In this document: positions 21,096 through 30,456 of the stretch, piece after piece
How positions within the stretch are numbered: the stretch's first letter is position 1
Layout of the letters: each line of letters begins with the position of its first letter
Source of the DNA: an uncultured delta proteobacterium
Lineage (GTDB): Bacteria; Myxococcota_A; Polyangia; Fen-1088
Assembly: GCA_963796685.1 (NCBI GenBank)
Contig: CAWCMR010000025.1
Coordinates: 2,059,623-2,123,622 of the forward strand
Length of the DNA stretch: 64,000 bases
Direction of reading: 5' to 3'
Notes under the pieces: model-generated
What the model saw: the letters and a program-made list of their open reading frames with translations, nothing else
The model's database searches: none
Told to the model about the DNA's origin: nothing
Position numbers and translations under genes: made by a program

Positions 21096-22253
21096 ATGTA
21101 TACACGGACGCTAGGGCTCCCAGAAAGCTCGTTCTTCCTCTTCGGTCCGCGCGGGACCGGGAAGACGACCTGGTTGCGGCAGCAACTCGGGGCCGCTCGC
21201 CGGTACGACCTCTTGCTTGAACGGGAGCATCTGCGACTGTTGCGTGACCAGGAGGTGTTTCACCAGGAGGTCGAGGCGCTAAAGTCAGGGTCTTGGGTAG
21301 TCGTCGACGAGGTCCAGCGTATGCCGGCCCTACTCGACGAGGTCCAGGACATCATCAGTCGGCATGGCAAGCATATACGCTTCGCACTGACTGGTTCAAG
21401 TGCGCGGAAGCTGAAGCGGGGACAGGCAAATCTACTGGCGGCCCGAGTGATCAATCGGCGCTTCTTCCCCTTGACTGCGTCGGAAATGGGCGACGAGTTT
21501 AGCATCGACGAGGTTCTTCAATTCGGAACCCTGCCCGCGGTAGCAGCCGAAACGGAGGCAAGGGCGAAGGTCGACCTGCTCGACGCGTACGTGGAAAACT
21601 ATATCGGGCAGGAGATCCGCGCCGAGGCCGCGGCCAAGCGACTCGATTCCTTCACGCGCTTCATGGTCATCGCCGCATTGGCGAATGCTCAGGTCACCAA
21701 CGTGGCAGCGATTGCGCGCGATGCGGCAGTGGCAAGACCCACGGTCAACGGTTACTTCGACATTCTGGTGGATACGCTGATCGGCACTTGGCTGCCGGCT
21801 TGGCGTCCACGCGCCAAGGTCAAGGAGGTGGCTCACCCGAAGTTCTTCTTCTTCGACAGCGGCGTTGCGCGCGCCATGGCGAGCCGACTGCGCGAGCCCT
21901 TGGAAAGCGCCGAGAAGGGCCACCTCTTCGAAACCTACATCTTGCATGAGCTTCGTGCCCGGATGAACCAAGCCGGTACCGGCGGCGAATTCGGCTACTG
22001 GCGCACGCCTTCAGGAACGGAGATCGATTTTGTCTGGACCCGTGGTGGTCGCTCGGTCGGTATCGAGGTCAAGAGCAGCAACCGGTGGAAGTCGGAGTAC
22101 TCGCGTGCGCTTGCCGAGCTTTTCGGCGAAGGCGCTCTGAGCTCGGCATTCGGCGTCTATCTGGGCGAGCACGAGATCAAGGATCGCGGTATCCGCGTGC
22201 TGCCACTCGCAGCATTTCTGCAAGCGCTAGCGGCGGGCGAGGTGATCGGCTGA
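21096..22253 (+). CDS. AAA_14 ATPase with C-terminal DUF4143 / PD-(D/E)xK-like domain
   Basis: GPRGTGKT Walker A, VDEVQR Walker B, TGSSARKL, KFFFFDSG, EIDFV..GIEVK. Confidence 0.9.
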   Translation: MYTRTLGLPESSFFLFGPRGTGKTTWLRQQLGAARRYDLLLEREHLRLLRDQEVFHQEVEALKSGSWVVVDEVQRMPALLDEVQDIISRHGKHIRFALTGSSARKLKRGQANLLAARVINRRFFPLTASEMGDEFSIDEVLQFGTLPAVAAETEARAKVDLLDAYVENYIGQEIRAEAAAKRLDSFTRFMVIAALANAQVTNVAAIARDAAVARPTVNGYFDILVDTLIGTWLPAWRPRAKVKEVAHPKFFFFDSGVARAMASRLREPLESAEKGHLFETYILHELRARMNQAGTGGEFGYWRTPSGTEIDFVWTRGGRSVGIEVKSSNRWKSEYSRALAELFGEGALSSAFGVYLGEHEIKDRGIRVLPLAAFLQALAAGEVIG

Positions 22254-22543
22254 CCGGGAGGTAGACTTCCAAGCCCGCAAGCGGGCATTGGCCGGCTCTT
22301 GAATCAACGTGCCGTGGCGCGCTCAGAAAACGAGCCCTTCAGGTGTCACCAGGACCCAGGCCCGTGCAACCCACCCACCCACGACTACCCAGTGTGGGGA
22401 TTTGCGATCACGCTAATAGCCGCGGTTCCAGAGGAGTCCTCGCGTGGGCAAGGATAGAATTATGGCGCTCCTGGCCCCGAGCTGCCTACTGGATTGCTCG
22501 TACCTATATTGCATTAACTTAGCACTAGAGATATCTTACTGCC

Positions 22544-23179
22544 GTGAGATTTGATGCGCTTCTGGCGCTGGTTGCTGACGAACCTGTGTTCGCTTCCGCC
22601 CTTCTGCTGGCCGGGGACGTGTCAGCTGCGCAGGTGCGTCTGCAGCTGTCGCGCTGGGTGAAAGCTGGCCGGTTGCTTCGACTCCGCCGCGGGCTCTATG
22701 CATTGGCGCCGACGTGGCGGAAGGTGGAGCCGCACCCGTTCCTTGTGGCGAACCGGCTCCAGCGAGGATCCTACGTGAGCCTGCAGTCGGCCCTCGCTTT
22801 TTACGGGGTCATTCCCGAGCATGTGCCGGTGGTGACCAGCGTCGGGCAGGGGCGCCCAGAAACGCTACACAATCCTCTGGGTGGATTTCAGTTCAACCAC
22901 CTCACCGGGACGCTCTTCCTCGGCTATTCAAGGATGGAGGTTGCCGCCCGACAGTTCGCCTTCGTGGCCTCGCCGGAGAAGGCCCTGCTTGATCTCGTTT
23001 ACCTCACCCCAGGCGCAGATTCCCAGGACTACCTCCGAGAGCTTCGCCTGCAGAGCTCGGAGGCGATGGACGTGTCGACGCTGGACGAGCTTGCGCGGCG
23101 AAGCGGCAAAGCCAAACTGGTCAGGGCAGCCCGACTCGTCGAGAGCCTATTCTCGGTGGCGGAGGGAGACTCACTATGA
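22544..23179 (+). CDS. Type IV TA antitoxin, AbiEi-like
   Basis: LSRWVKAGRLLRLRRGLY, SYVSLQSALAFYG.IPE, ASPEKALLD motifs. Confidence 0.85.
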   Translation: MRFDALLALVADEPVFASALLLAGDVSAAQVRLQLSRWVKAGRLLRLRRGLYALAPTWRKVEPHPFLVANRLQRGSYVSLQSALAFYGVIPEHVPVVTSVGQGRPETLHNPLGGFQFNHLTGTLFLGYSRMEVAARQFAFVASPEKALLDLVYLTPGADSQDYLRELRLQSSEAMDVSTLDELARRSGKAKLVRAARLVESLFSVAEGDSL

Positions 23180-23982
23180 AGGAGTATCTGCGGCAACTGA
23201 CCGCACAGGCGGACAACGACCTTGCCCGCGGGTGTTTGGCTCGTGAGTATCTTCAAGCGCGCGTCCTCGAGTCGTTGCAAGACGAAGGCGTGTTTTTGCG
23301 CTGGGCCTTCGTGGGCGGCACCGCGTTGCGATTCCTGTTCGCCATTCCGAGGTTCTCGGAGGATCTGGACTTTTCCGTACCCTCGCCGGGGGCCGACCCT
23401 GGCTTCAGGCCGATCTTGACCGTGCTCAAGCGGGTCTTCGAACGCGAAGGCTACCGGATCGAGGTCAAGGTCAGCGAACACAGGACGGTGGCCACGGCGT
23501 GGGTGAAGTTTCCCGGACTGCCGCATGAGCTTGGTCTGTCGCCACGTGCGACCCAGACCCTTTCCATCAAGGTCGAATTGGACAAGAACCCACCAGCGGG
23601 AGCGGGTATCGAAACCTCGGTCGTTCGCCGGCACGTGACCCTGCACCTCTGCCATCATGACAAGCCTTCGCTCCTGGCGGGAAAGCTCCACGCCATCCTG
23701 AACCGCCCCTGGACCAAGGGCCGCGATCTCTACGACCTCGTTTGGTATTTGGCGGATCGCACCTGGCCAGCGCCCAACCTGGACATGCTCAACTCCGCAT
23801 TGGCGCAGACCGCCTGGAAAGGCGCCGTCATGACGGCAACCAACTGGCGGGAAGAAATCCGCAAGCGGACGAACATGCTCGACTGGGAACACGCTCGCGC
23901 CGACGTGAGGCCATTCCTGGAGCGGGAACGCGACCTCGATCTGGTGACCAGGGAAGTCCTGAGCAAACTGTTGGGCAGCTAA
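23176..23982 (+). CDS. Type IV TA toxin, AbiEii nucleotidyltransferase
   Basis: FVGGTALR, RFSEDLDF, AGKLHA, KGRDLYDL motifs; ATGA overlap with the antitoxin. Confidence 0.88.
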   Translation: MKEYLRQLTAQADNDLARGCLAREYLQARVLESLQDEGVFLRWAFVGGTALRFLFAIPRFSEDLDFSVPSPGADPGFRPILTVLKRVFEREGYRIEVKVSEHRTVATAWVKFPGLPHELGLSPRATQTLSIKVELDKNPPAGAGIETSVVRRHVTLHLCHHDKPSLLAGKLHAILNRPWTKGRDLYDLVWYLADRTWPAPNLDMLNSALAQTAWKGAVMTATNWREEIRKRTNMLDWEHARADVRPFLERERDLDLVTREVLSKLLGS

Positions 23983-24157
23983 GGTCACAGCCGGTGGCGC
24001 GCCGGGCGCCCAGGCAGTTGTGCACGCGGGACGCACGGGACACCCACCACGGGACGGCCCTTCCTGGAAGTTTTCCTGCCCCCACAAGACGACGTTGCAA
24101 TCGCGCTCATAGAGTCTGCGCGCGCCTGGGCGCCACAGGTTCTCCCTGCCTTGCTTT

Positions 24158-24332
24158 TCAGCCAGTCGGTGGGCAGATGAGCGGAATCGCCTCACGCTTG
24201 TTCCGCCGGTAGATGCGGAAGTCCTTCCGATCGACGGTGATCACCGGCAGCTTGGGATGGAGCTCGCTCATGCGGATTAGACAAAGATCCGCAAAGTCGG
24301 GGTTGCGATCGGCGTAGCGCGCGGCCAAGGTC
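24158..24332 (-). pseudogene. C-terminal fragment of a PIN-domain toxin gene
   Basis: Manual translation: TLAARYADRNPDFADLCLIRMSELHPKLPVITVDRKDFRIYRRNKREAIPLICPPTG-stop; no start codon before an in-frame stop. Confidence 0.8.
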
Positions 24333-24453
24333 AGACCTATTGGCTAGCCCGCGGGGGAGGTGCCAGAGACCTGGGAGAGCGAGCCCTGAGGTGGTGCCAG
24401 AGACCGATTGCCCGAGGAGTAGGCGAAGGCCTGCCGGACATCTCTGGACACCT
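24333..24453 (+). repeat. Cluster of GGTGCCAGAGACC motifs (one half copy, two full copies, one degenerate inverted copy)
   Basis: AGACCTATTGG 24333-24343; GGAGGTGCCAGAGACCT 24356-24372; GGTGCCAGAGACCGATTG 24393-24410; TCTCTGGACACCT 24441-24453. Confidence 0.75.
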
Positions 24454-24514
24454 ACTGTCCCGACGATTCAGAATGGCCCACCCCGCGCCTTTCGAACCCA
24501 CCTCCATGGTCCGT

Positions 24515-24970
24515 CTACTGGAGGAGACGCCGATCAAAGACGAAGTCGGTGGGTGGTCGAAGGTGAATCTCAGAAAAGTCGGGGTGTTTAGGATTGATCA
24601 GAAAATTCACCTCATCAGGAACGATTGCACTCGGCACCGCAAGGATAACTGAATCGCCTGCGTTGACCCAGTCATCGCCAAGGCGCTGCAGAGACAGCGG
24701 CGGTGGTTCGTGTTGCCAGTCCTTCGGGAGCTGCTGGGCAGGAAAGGTTCTCATCAACGCTTCATCGAAGTCGAAGGCGAACAACTTGTAGGGAGCCGTC
24801 GGCGCGATGTGAACGCGAACCTCGAGCACAGCAAGAGATTGGTGTTCGCTGGAATAGATTATCGGTACTCCGACGGAGTTCCATCGCCCGCCGTACCGCC
24901 TCGCCCCTTCACCGTCGAAAGCCGTCTTCTCTTGAGGTGCGGGCACCAGGCGCCAACCGGTACGTATCAA
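24515..24970 (-). CDS. RES-domain toxin (NAD+ phosphorylase family)
   Basis: AFDGEGARRYGGRWNS.G, LAVLE, VPSAIVP.E.N.LINP.HPDF. Confidence 0.92.
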   Translation of the reverse strand: MIRTGWRLVPAPQEKTAFDGEGARRYGGRWNSVGVPIIYSSEHQSLAVLEVRVHIAPTAPYKLFAFDFDEALMRTFPAQQLPKDWQHEPPPLSLQRLGDDWVNAGDSVILAVPSAIVPDEVNFLINPKHPDFSEIHLRPPTDFVFDRRLLQ

Positions 24971-25578
24971 GTATAGACTCCGTACTCGATTCTGCCCAAA
25001 AGGTTCTCAACCTCGCGCGCACCAACTTCGCTTTTTGCATAGTCGAGGGGCACGGCACCCGCGAGACCGAGTTGGGGAGAGTTGAGCCATTTGTTTGCGT
25101 CGTCCTTGCTTCCGAGGACCTTGATCGCCTTGCTGAGCAGCAAGGCGAAGCGAACAACACGATCTGAAACCAAGGGGGTAAGATTGGACCCCGTGGTCTT
25201 GCGACGGTGGAACGTCGTCTTGGACAGGCCGACGAGGGGGAGAAGCCTTTCCGATGAGACGTCGAGACTGTCCTGGAGAACGGTCAATTCGGACTCTGGT
25301 AGGCCAGCTTCGGTGGCTTCGACTTGTAGAGAGATGGGGACGTCATGGGTTGGACCGCGTCCCATCGCAGTGTCTAGATAGAATTGGACTACGCCTTGGC
25401 GAAGCTTGACGTGGACTGAGACCTTGCGACGGCTGGGCGTCGCTGCTTTCTTGGCAAGCCGGTGGGCTTCCCTGGTGGACGCACCGAGAAAGCCACACCG
25501 GGTGTCCGTCGGAGTTTTCTTGGGAGACGCCCGAAGTGGAGCTTTCTTGGCACGCGCCGCTGTCGAGGTGGTTTTCAT
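24967..25578 (-). CDS. Xre/MbcA/ParS antitoxin (DUF2384)
   Basis: HTH region, then WL.SPQLGLAGAVPLDYA.SEVGAREVENLLGRIEYGV; overlaps the RES gene. Confidence 0.9.
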   Translation of the reverse strand: MKTTSTAARAKKAPLRASPKKTPTDTRCGFLGASTREAHRLAKKAATPSRRKVSVHVKLRQGVVQFYLDTAMGRGPTHDVPISLQVEATEAGLPESELTVLQDSLDVSSERLLPLVGLSKTTFHRRKTTGSNLTPLVSDRVVRFALLLSKAIKVLGSKDDANKWLNSPQLGLAGAVPLDYAKSEVGAREVENLLGRIEYGVYT

Positions 25579-25651
25579 TTGACACTAATGATAGTTGCAT
25601 TTGGTACGTCTGGCAAGCGTCGGATATTCGAGATTGTGGTTCAACTCCGGA

Positions 25652-25673
25652 GGAGGTGCCAGAGACCTATTGG
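25652..25673 (+). repeat. GGAGGTGCCAGAGACCTATTGG motif
   Basis: Identical to 20378-20399. Confidence 0.8.
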
Positions 25674-25741
25674 TTAGCTGACGACAAAGCCCAGGGTACT
25701 TTTCCGCGCAACTTTCTGCTGCCGTTTCCGAAAAGCTATGC

Positions 25742-25865
25742 ATGACACTCCCTCGTCAGGTCGCGTCCGGTCGTGTCTACATGGTCATCCGCCGCTGCTC
25801 CGAGCCGCGCTCTTTCTTGCGCCCCGATGACTACAACAAAAGCCCCTACGGCTGCCCGGATCCCT
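25742..25865 (+). pseudogene. 5' remnant of a RAYT/IS200-like (Y1 HUH) transposase
   Basis: MTLPRQVASGRVYMVIRRCSEPRSFLRPDD resembles, from memory, N-termini of the 'PR..PG..Y.ITRRC..R.FLLRPD' Y1 transposases; it ends before any HUH motif. Confidence 0.6.
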
Positions 25866-27497
25866 CTACCGCGGAATGCTCTTTCCCGCGGAGGCTTCGA
25901 TCTTCCTGAAGTCCTCGATGTGGGCCAGGAAGACGCGCACGATGTCGGGGTCGAATTGGGTGCCGCTACAGCGTTCCATCTCGCCGCAGGCGATGACGTG
26001 GGGCAGGGCTTTGCGGTAGGCGCGGTCGGTGGTCATGGCGTCGTAGGCGTCGGCCACGGCGACGATGCGACCGATGGTGGGGATGCGCTCGGCTTGCAGG
26101 CCTTGCGGGTACCCCGAGCCGTCCCAGGCCTCGTGGTGGCAGTAGCAGCCTGGCACGATGTCGCGCATGAACGGGATGGGCTCTAGGATGCGGCGGCCCT
26201 TGGCCGGGTGCGAGCGGAACATGGCCAGCTCTTCGGGGGTCAGCTTGCCGGGCTTGTTGAGGCGGTCGTTGCGAATGCCGATCTTGCCCACGTCGTGCAG
26301 CAGACCGGACTTGACCACGGTTTCGATCTCCTCGCTCGGCAATCGCATGCCCACGGCGATGAGGCGCGCGTAGGTGGCCACGCGCTCGGAATGGCCGCGG
26401 GTGTAGCGGTCGGATTCTTCCAAGGCGTGGGCGAAGCCGATGATGGTCTGCTTGAAGTTCTCTTCCAGCGAAATGTTGGCGTGGACCAGGTCTTCGTTGG
26501 CGTCGACCAGGCTTTCGTACAGGCGCGCGTTCTCGATGGAGACCGCGGCGCGGCTGCCGAGCACGTACAGCATCTTGCGCTGGCCCTCGCTGAATTTGGC
26601 ACCCTTGGTGTAGCTGTAGGCGTTCAGCATGCCGATGGTGCGGCCCTTGAGCTTGAGCGGAATGGAACAGAAGCTCACCAGGCGCTTTTCGGGCGGGCCT
26701 GACAGAAAACGAAAGGCGCGCGACCCGTGCACCAGCAGGGGCTTGTCTTCTTGCAGAAGCGGCAGCACCTCGTTGAAGTTGAGCGGCGGCGCGGGCTCGC
26801 TGGCCTCGAGGCGAGGCGAGACCTTGCGCGCGTGCTCGATGAAGGCGCCGGGCAGGTCGCTGGCGTGGCGTGCGTCGCCCGGACGTTCCAGCATCAGGTT
26901 GACGATGTCGGCGTCCACCGCGTCCAGCACGGCGTCGAGCACGAGGTCGAGCACCTTCTCGACGGACAGCGAGGTCGCGATGGCCTCGCTGATCTTGTAG
27001 ATGGAAAGCGCGTCCTTGAGGCGGAGGTTCTCGTGTTGCAGGCGCTGGCGGTCGAGCCCGCGCTTGACGATGTGGATGACCTCCTCGACTTTGAAGGGCT
27101 TGAGGATGTAGTCGTACGCCCCGTGCTTCATGGCCTCGATGGCGGTCTCCACCGTGCCGAAGCCGGTCATGATCACCGTCAGCACCGGAATCCCGAGCTC
27201 GGTGATCTTCTCGATGAGATCGAGCCCGTTCATCTTGGGCATCTTGAGGTCGGAGATGACCAGGTTGTAGCTGCGCTTTTGCAGCTCCTCCAAGGCCTGC
27301 ACGCCGTCCTCGACGGTGCGCACCACGTAGCCTTCCAGGCCGAGAAAGTCCGACAGGATCTCGCGGATCACGCGCTCGTCGTCGACCACCAGGATGCGCG
27401 GGCTATCCGGGTTGAAGGTGTACTCGAGTCGCTGGCTTACGGCGCCAAGCTCGTCGGAGCTCTCCTCGGGTGTGCTGCCTAGAGGGGTCGTGGTCAT
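25866..27497 (-). CDS. Response regulator with REC, GAF and HD-GYP phosphodiesterase domains
   Basis: ILVVDDE, DLKMP, KPF; GAF region; GHSERV, LHDVGKIG, HHEAWDGSGYP, VADAYDAM. Confidence 0.93.
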   Translation of the reverse strand: MTTTPLGSTPEESSDELGAVSQRLEYTFNPDSPRILVVDDERVIREILSDFLGLEGYVVRTVEDGVQALEELQKRSYNLVISDLKMPKMNGLDLIEKITELGIPVLTVIMTGFGTVETAIEAMKHGAYDYILKPFKVEEVIHIVKRGLDRQRLQHENLRLKDALSIYKISEAIATSLSVEKVLDLVLDAVLDAVDADIVNLMLERPGDARHASDLPGAFIEHARKVSPRLEASEPAPPLNFNEVLPLLQEDKPLLVHGSRAFRFLSGPPEKRLVSFCSIPLKLKGRTIGMLNAYSYTKGAKFSEGQRKMLYVLGSRAAVSIENARLYESLVDANEDLVHANISLEENFKQTIIGFAHALEESDRYTRGHSERVATYARLIAVGMRLPSEEIETVVKSGLLHDVGKIGIRNDRLNKPGKLTPEELAMFRSHPAKGRRILEPIPFMRDIVPGCYCHHEAWDGSGYPQGLQAERIPTIGRIVAVADAYDAMTTDRAYRKALPHVIACGEMERCSGTQFDPDIVRVFLAHIEDFRKIEASAGKSIPR

Positions 27498-27522
27498 TCG
27501 ATCAAGCTCGATAGACCTGAGT

Positions 27523-29193
27523 CTACCTCAAAGACACGCGGGCGAAGAACTCGTCCAGCTTTTCCCTGCGAGCCGGGTCGAGGTAATCGAAATTGACGCC
27601 ACGGTCCGTAACCTCCCAGAATTGCCTGTCGTTCACGGCAACCAGCTCGGCCCGAATCGAGGCCATACGCTCCGGTTTCTCGCCGCGCATGTCGGCGCAA
27701 ATGCGGTCGGCCTGGGGCAGGGCGCCCTTGGACAGGTAGAAGGTCGCCAACCTGATCTGGGCCTTGCGCACGCCGCGCAGGGTTGATTCCTGGGCATGGG
27801 TCTCCGCTTCCTTGTCGACCTCCAGGAAGATGTTCAGCAACGTGTCATGGCAAGCGATATCCTGGGTGTACGTGCGCTCGCACAGCACCGCCAGGTCGTG
27901 GGCCGCGGTTTCGGTGACGAAGCCCAGATCCGCCTTCTGCGCGGTTTGGCCGTAGTAGGCGAGGCAGCGGCCGATCTCCATCACCAGATCGCCGAAGCCC
28001 TGGGGAGGTTTCGCTTCCTTTCCGCCTTCGCCCACGCGATGTCCCTTGCGCAGGATGTGCTCGGCCAGCATTCGGTACTGGTGCAGGATGTTGTAGCAGG
28101 CGCGCACGTCGCGCTGGTTGAGGGCGCTGCGCAGGTAGGTGTTGAAGTAGCGGATGGCCAGCACCATGACTTCGCGGTCGCCGTGGCGCAGGGCCTCTTC
28201 GGCAATGTAGCGGGTCTCGATGGCCACCACATGGGCGAGCTCGGGCAGGTGGTCGAGGGCTTCGGAAAAAACGCTGCGGAAGTGGTGCAGCACCTTCCAC
28301 TCGACCCAAGTCCTGTTGCCTTCGAGCGCGTGTAGCGAGTCCGGCGTGAGCGCGATGAAATCGGGGTTACCGTGGAGGCGCGACCCGAGGACGAACCACT
28401 CCGCCGGCAAGGCGGCCTTCTCCTCGAGGAACCTGACCGCGAACTCGCGCAGGGCCGTGACCGCGCCGGTGGCGATGATCTTGTCCTTTTGGGCCGCCGT
28501 GTTCACCGCGATGTCCGACAGGTGTTCCAGGCCGGCCACGCAGCTCGCCTGGCGCACGTCCAGGTCGTGACGATCGCGGCGCGCTACCCCGCGCGCCAAC
28601 ACGGCGTCCAGCACCTGCTGCCCAATGCGCGTGATGACCTTCTCGGGATCGAGGAACGCGAACACGTAGGCGAAATAGGGGATGAGCAAGAGCAGGCTGG
28701 CGGTCACCACCACCGTGGTCATGGCCACCGTGGCCCGCGGCACGAAACCGCTGGTGACCACGATGCTGACCCACACCGCGTTGATGCAGGCCACGACGAA
28801 GAAGCCCATGATGGCCAGGTTCTTCTTGTCGCGGAAAAACATCTCGGCGATACGCGGGGTATACCGGGTTGCGGCGAGCTGGACGACAATGGACACCACG
28901 GTGATGGCGATGCCGAGCACGGCCACCACCACCTGGGCCAAGCTGCCGAGGGCGTTCTGCAGCGTCTCGGCGTCGAGATCCACCAGCAATCGCCAGGCCC
29001 CGAGGTGCTCGGCCGCGGGTGTGCGCCGGCCGAAAAACGCCACGTCGAGCAGCCAGAAGACGGCGAAAAGGACGAGCGACAGCGCCAGCAGGATGCCGAT
29101 GCCCGAGGGAAAGCGCGGACGCCACCTTGGCGGGGTGGCCGAAATCGCCGGCGCGCCGCCGACCGTGCTGCTGCGTGGCTGATCGCGTTTCAC
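27523..29193 (-). CDS. DUF2254-like membrane protein
   Basis: VVQLAATRYTPR motif within four hydrophobic segments, followed by a long helical domain; start uncertain. Confidence 0.75.
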   Translation of the reverse strand: MKRDQPRSSTVGGAPAISATPPRWRPRFPSGIGILLALSLVLFAVFWLLDVAFFGRRTPAAEHLGAWRLLVDLDAETLQNALGSLAQVVVAVLGIAITVVSIVVQLAATRYTPRIAEMFFRDKKNLAIMGFFVVACINAVWVSIVVTSGFVPRATVAMTTVVVTASLLLLIPYFAYVFAFLDPEKVITRIGQQVLDAVLARGVARRDRHDLDVRQASCVAGLEHLSDIAVNTAAQKDKIIATGAVTALREFAVRFLEEKAALPAEWFVLGSRLHGNPDFIALTPDSLHALEGNRTWVEWKVLHHFRSVFSEALDHLPELAHVVAIETRYIAEEALRHGDREVMVLAIRYFNTYLRSALNQRDVRACYNILHQYRMLAEHILRKGHRVGEGGKEAKPPQGFGDLVMEIGRCLAYYGQTAQKADLGFVTETAAHDLAVLCERTYTQDIACHDTLLNIFLEVDKEAETHAQESTLRGVRKAQIRLATFYLSKGALPQADRICADMRGEKPERMASIRAELVAVNDRQFWEVTDRGVNFDYLDPARREKLDEFFARVSLR

Positions 29194-29287
29194 ACCCACC
29201 TCACCCCTAACGCATACCACGAGGCGTGGATGCGGAAAATGCGGCATTGAGATTCACGATCCCGCGACAACCGCAGAAGGCCATGTC

Positions 29288-29375
29288 TGCAGTCGCAGTC
29301 GCAGTCGCAGTCGCAGTCGCAGTCGTGGTCGTAGCCGTAGCCGTGGCCGTGGTCGTGGCCGTGGCCATGGCCGAG
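29288..29375. repeat. Hexamer microsatellite (GCAGTC)n grading into (GTGGCC/GTAGCC)n
   Basis: Directly visible; related hexamer runs at 29518-29555, 35001-35075 and in the 53-kb repeats. Confidence 0.85.
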
Positions 29376-29672
29376 CAACTACTCTGTTGGGCCGCCGATA
29401 TTTGTGCACGTTCGGCTGCCAGAAACTTGATGTGTATCGTTGTGCCGTGATGTTCCTGGGCGTGGCCTCCACCCTCGCCGAGCGGCCGAGCGAGTCTCCC
29501 GCGGGCCCATAGTGTCCGGCCACGGCCACGGTGACGTCTACGGCCACGACTACCCTTCGATGCCCTGCCCGGCGAGCTGCTATTCCCTTTGGACGTGGCT
29601 TCATCCAGGCACCCCACGGCCTCGCGGGATTAGGATTGTTCGTCCGTTCCACTGTACTATCCTCGAAGCGCC

Positions 29673-30441
29673 ATGCTCCTCGCAGTCGACATCGGAAATA
29701 CCCACACCGCGTTCGGTCTCTTCGACGGCGAAACCTTGCGCTTCGACTGGCGCATCGAAACCCGCAGCGAGCGCACGGCGGACGAGCAGGCGGCCCTCGT
29801 TCGCGGACTCTTCGAGCTGGAGGGTCTGGACATGGGTCGGGTCGACGCGGCCATCGTTTCGTCGGTGGTGCCGCCCGCGACCCTGCCCATGGAGCGGCTG
29901 TTCGCCCGCTACTTCAAGCTCGTGCCGCTGGTGGTGGGACCGGGGATGAAGACCGGCATGCCGGTGCTGTATGAAAACCCGCGCGACTTGGGCGCCGATC
30001 GCATCGTGAACGCGGTGGCGGCCTACACACGCTTCTCCCAGGGCGCCATCGTGGTCGACTTCGGCACGGCCACGACCCTGGACGTGGTTACGGCGCGCGG
30101 CGAGTACGCGGGCGGCGTCATCACCCCCGGGCTGCTCATTTCGGCGGACGCCCTCTACCGCGCGACCGCCAAGCTGCCGCGGGTCGAGATCGCGCGGCCC
30201 AAGGCCGTGGTGGGTACCAACACCGTGGCCAGCATCCAGTCGGGCCTGGTGTTCGGTTACGCCGGGATGATCGACGCGCTGGTGAACCGCATTCGCGCCG
30301 AGGTCGCGTACGCGCCGAAGGTGGTGGCCACCGGCGGGCTGGGCGCCTTGGTGGCGCGCGAATCCTGCCACCATCGAGGAATACGACGAGCTTCTGACCT
30401 TGCGCGGGCTCAAGATCCTCTACGAGCGGAACCGTGGCTAG
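29673..30441 (+). CDS. coaX: Type III pantothenate kinase; +1 frameshift near 30367
   Basis: VDIGNT, LGADRI, VDFGTATT, GGVITPG, VVATGG; the native end TIEEYDELLTLRGLKILYERNRG-stop is in another frame. Confidence 0.93.
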
Positions 30442-30456
30442 AAGGAGCATATTGCC

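Noticed and set aside
20337-25865. Integron cassette array or prophage
   Set aside because: No tyrosine or serine integrase, no attC-like RYYYAAC...GTTRRRY sites noticed, no phage genes
29190-29652. Small His/Asp/Cys- or Val/Ala-repeat proteins
   Set aside because: Translations of the hexamer microsatellite in several frames with no coding support
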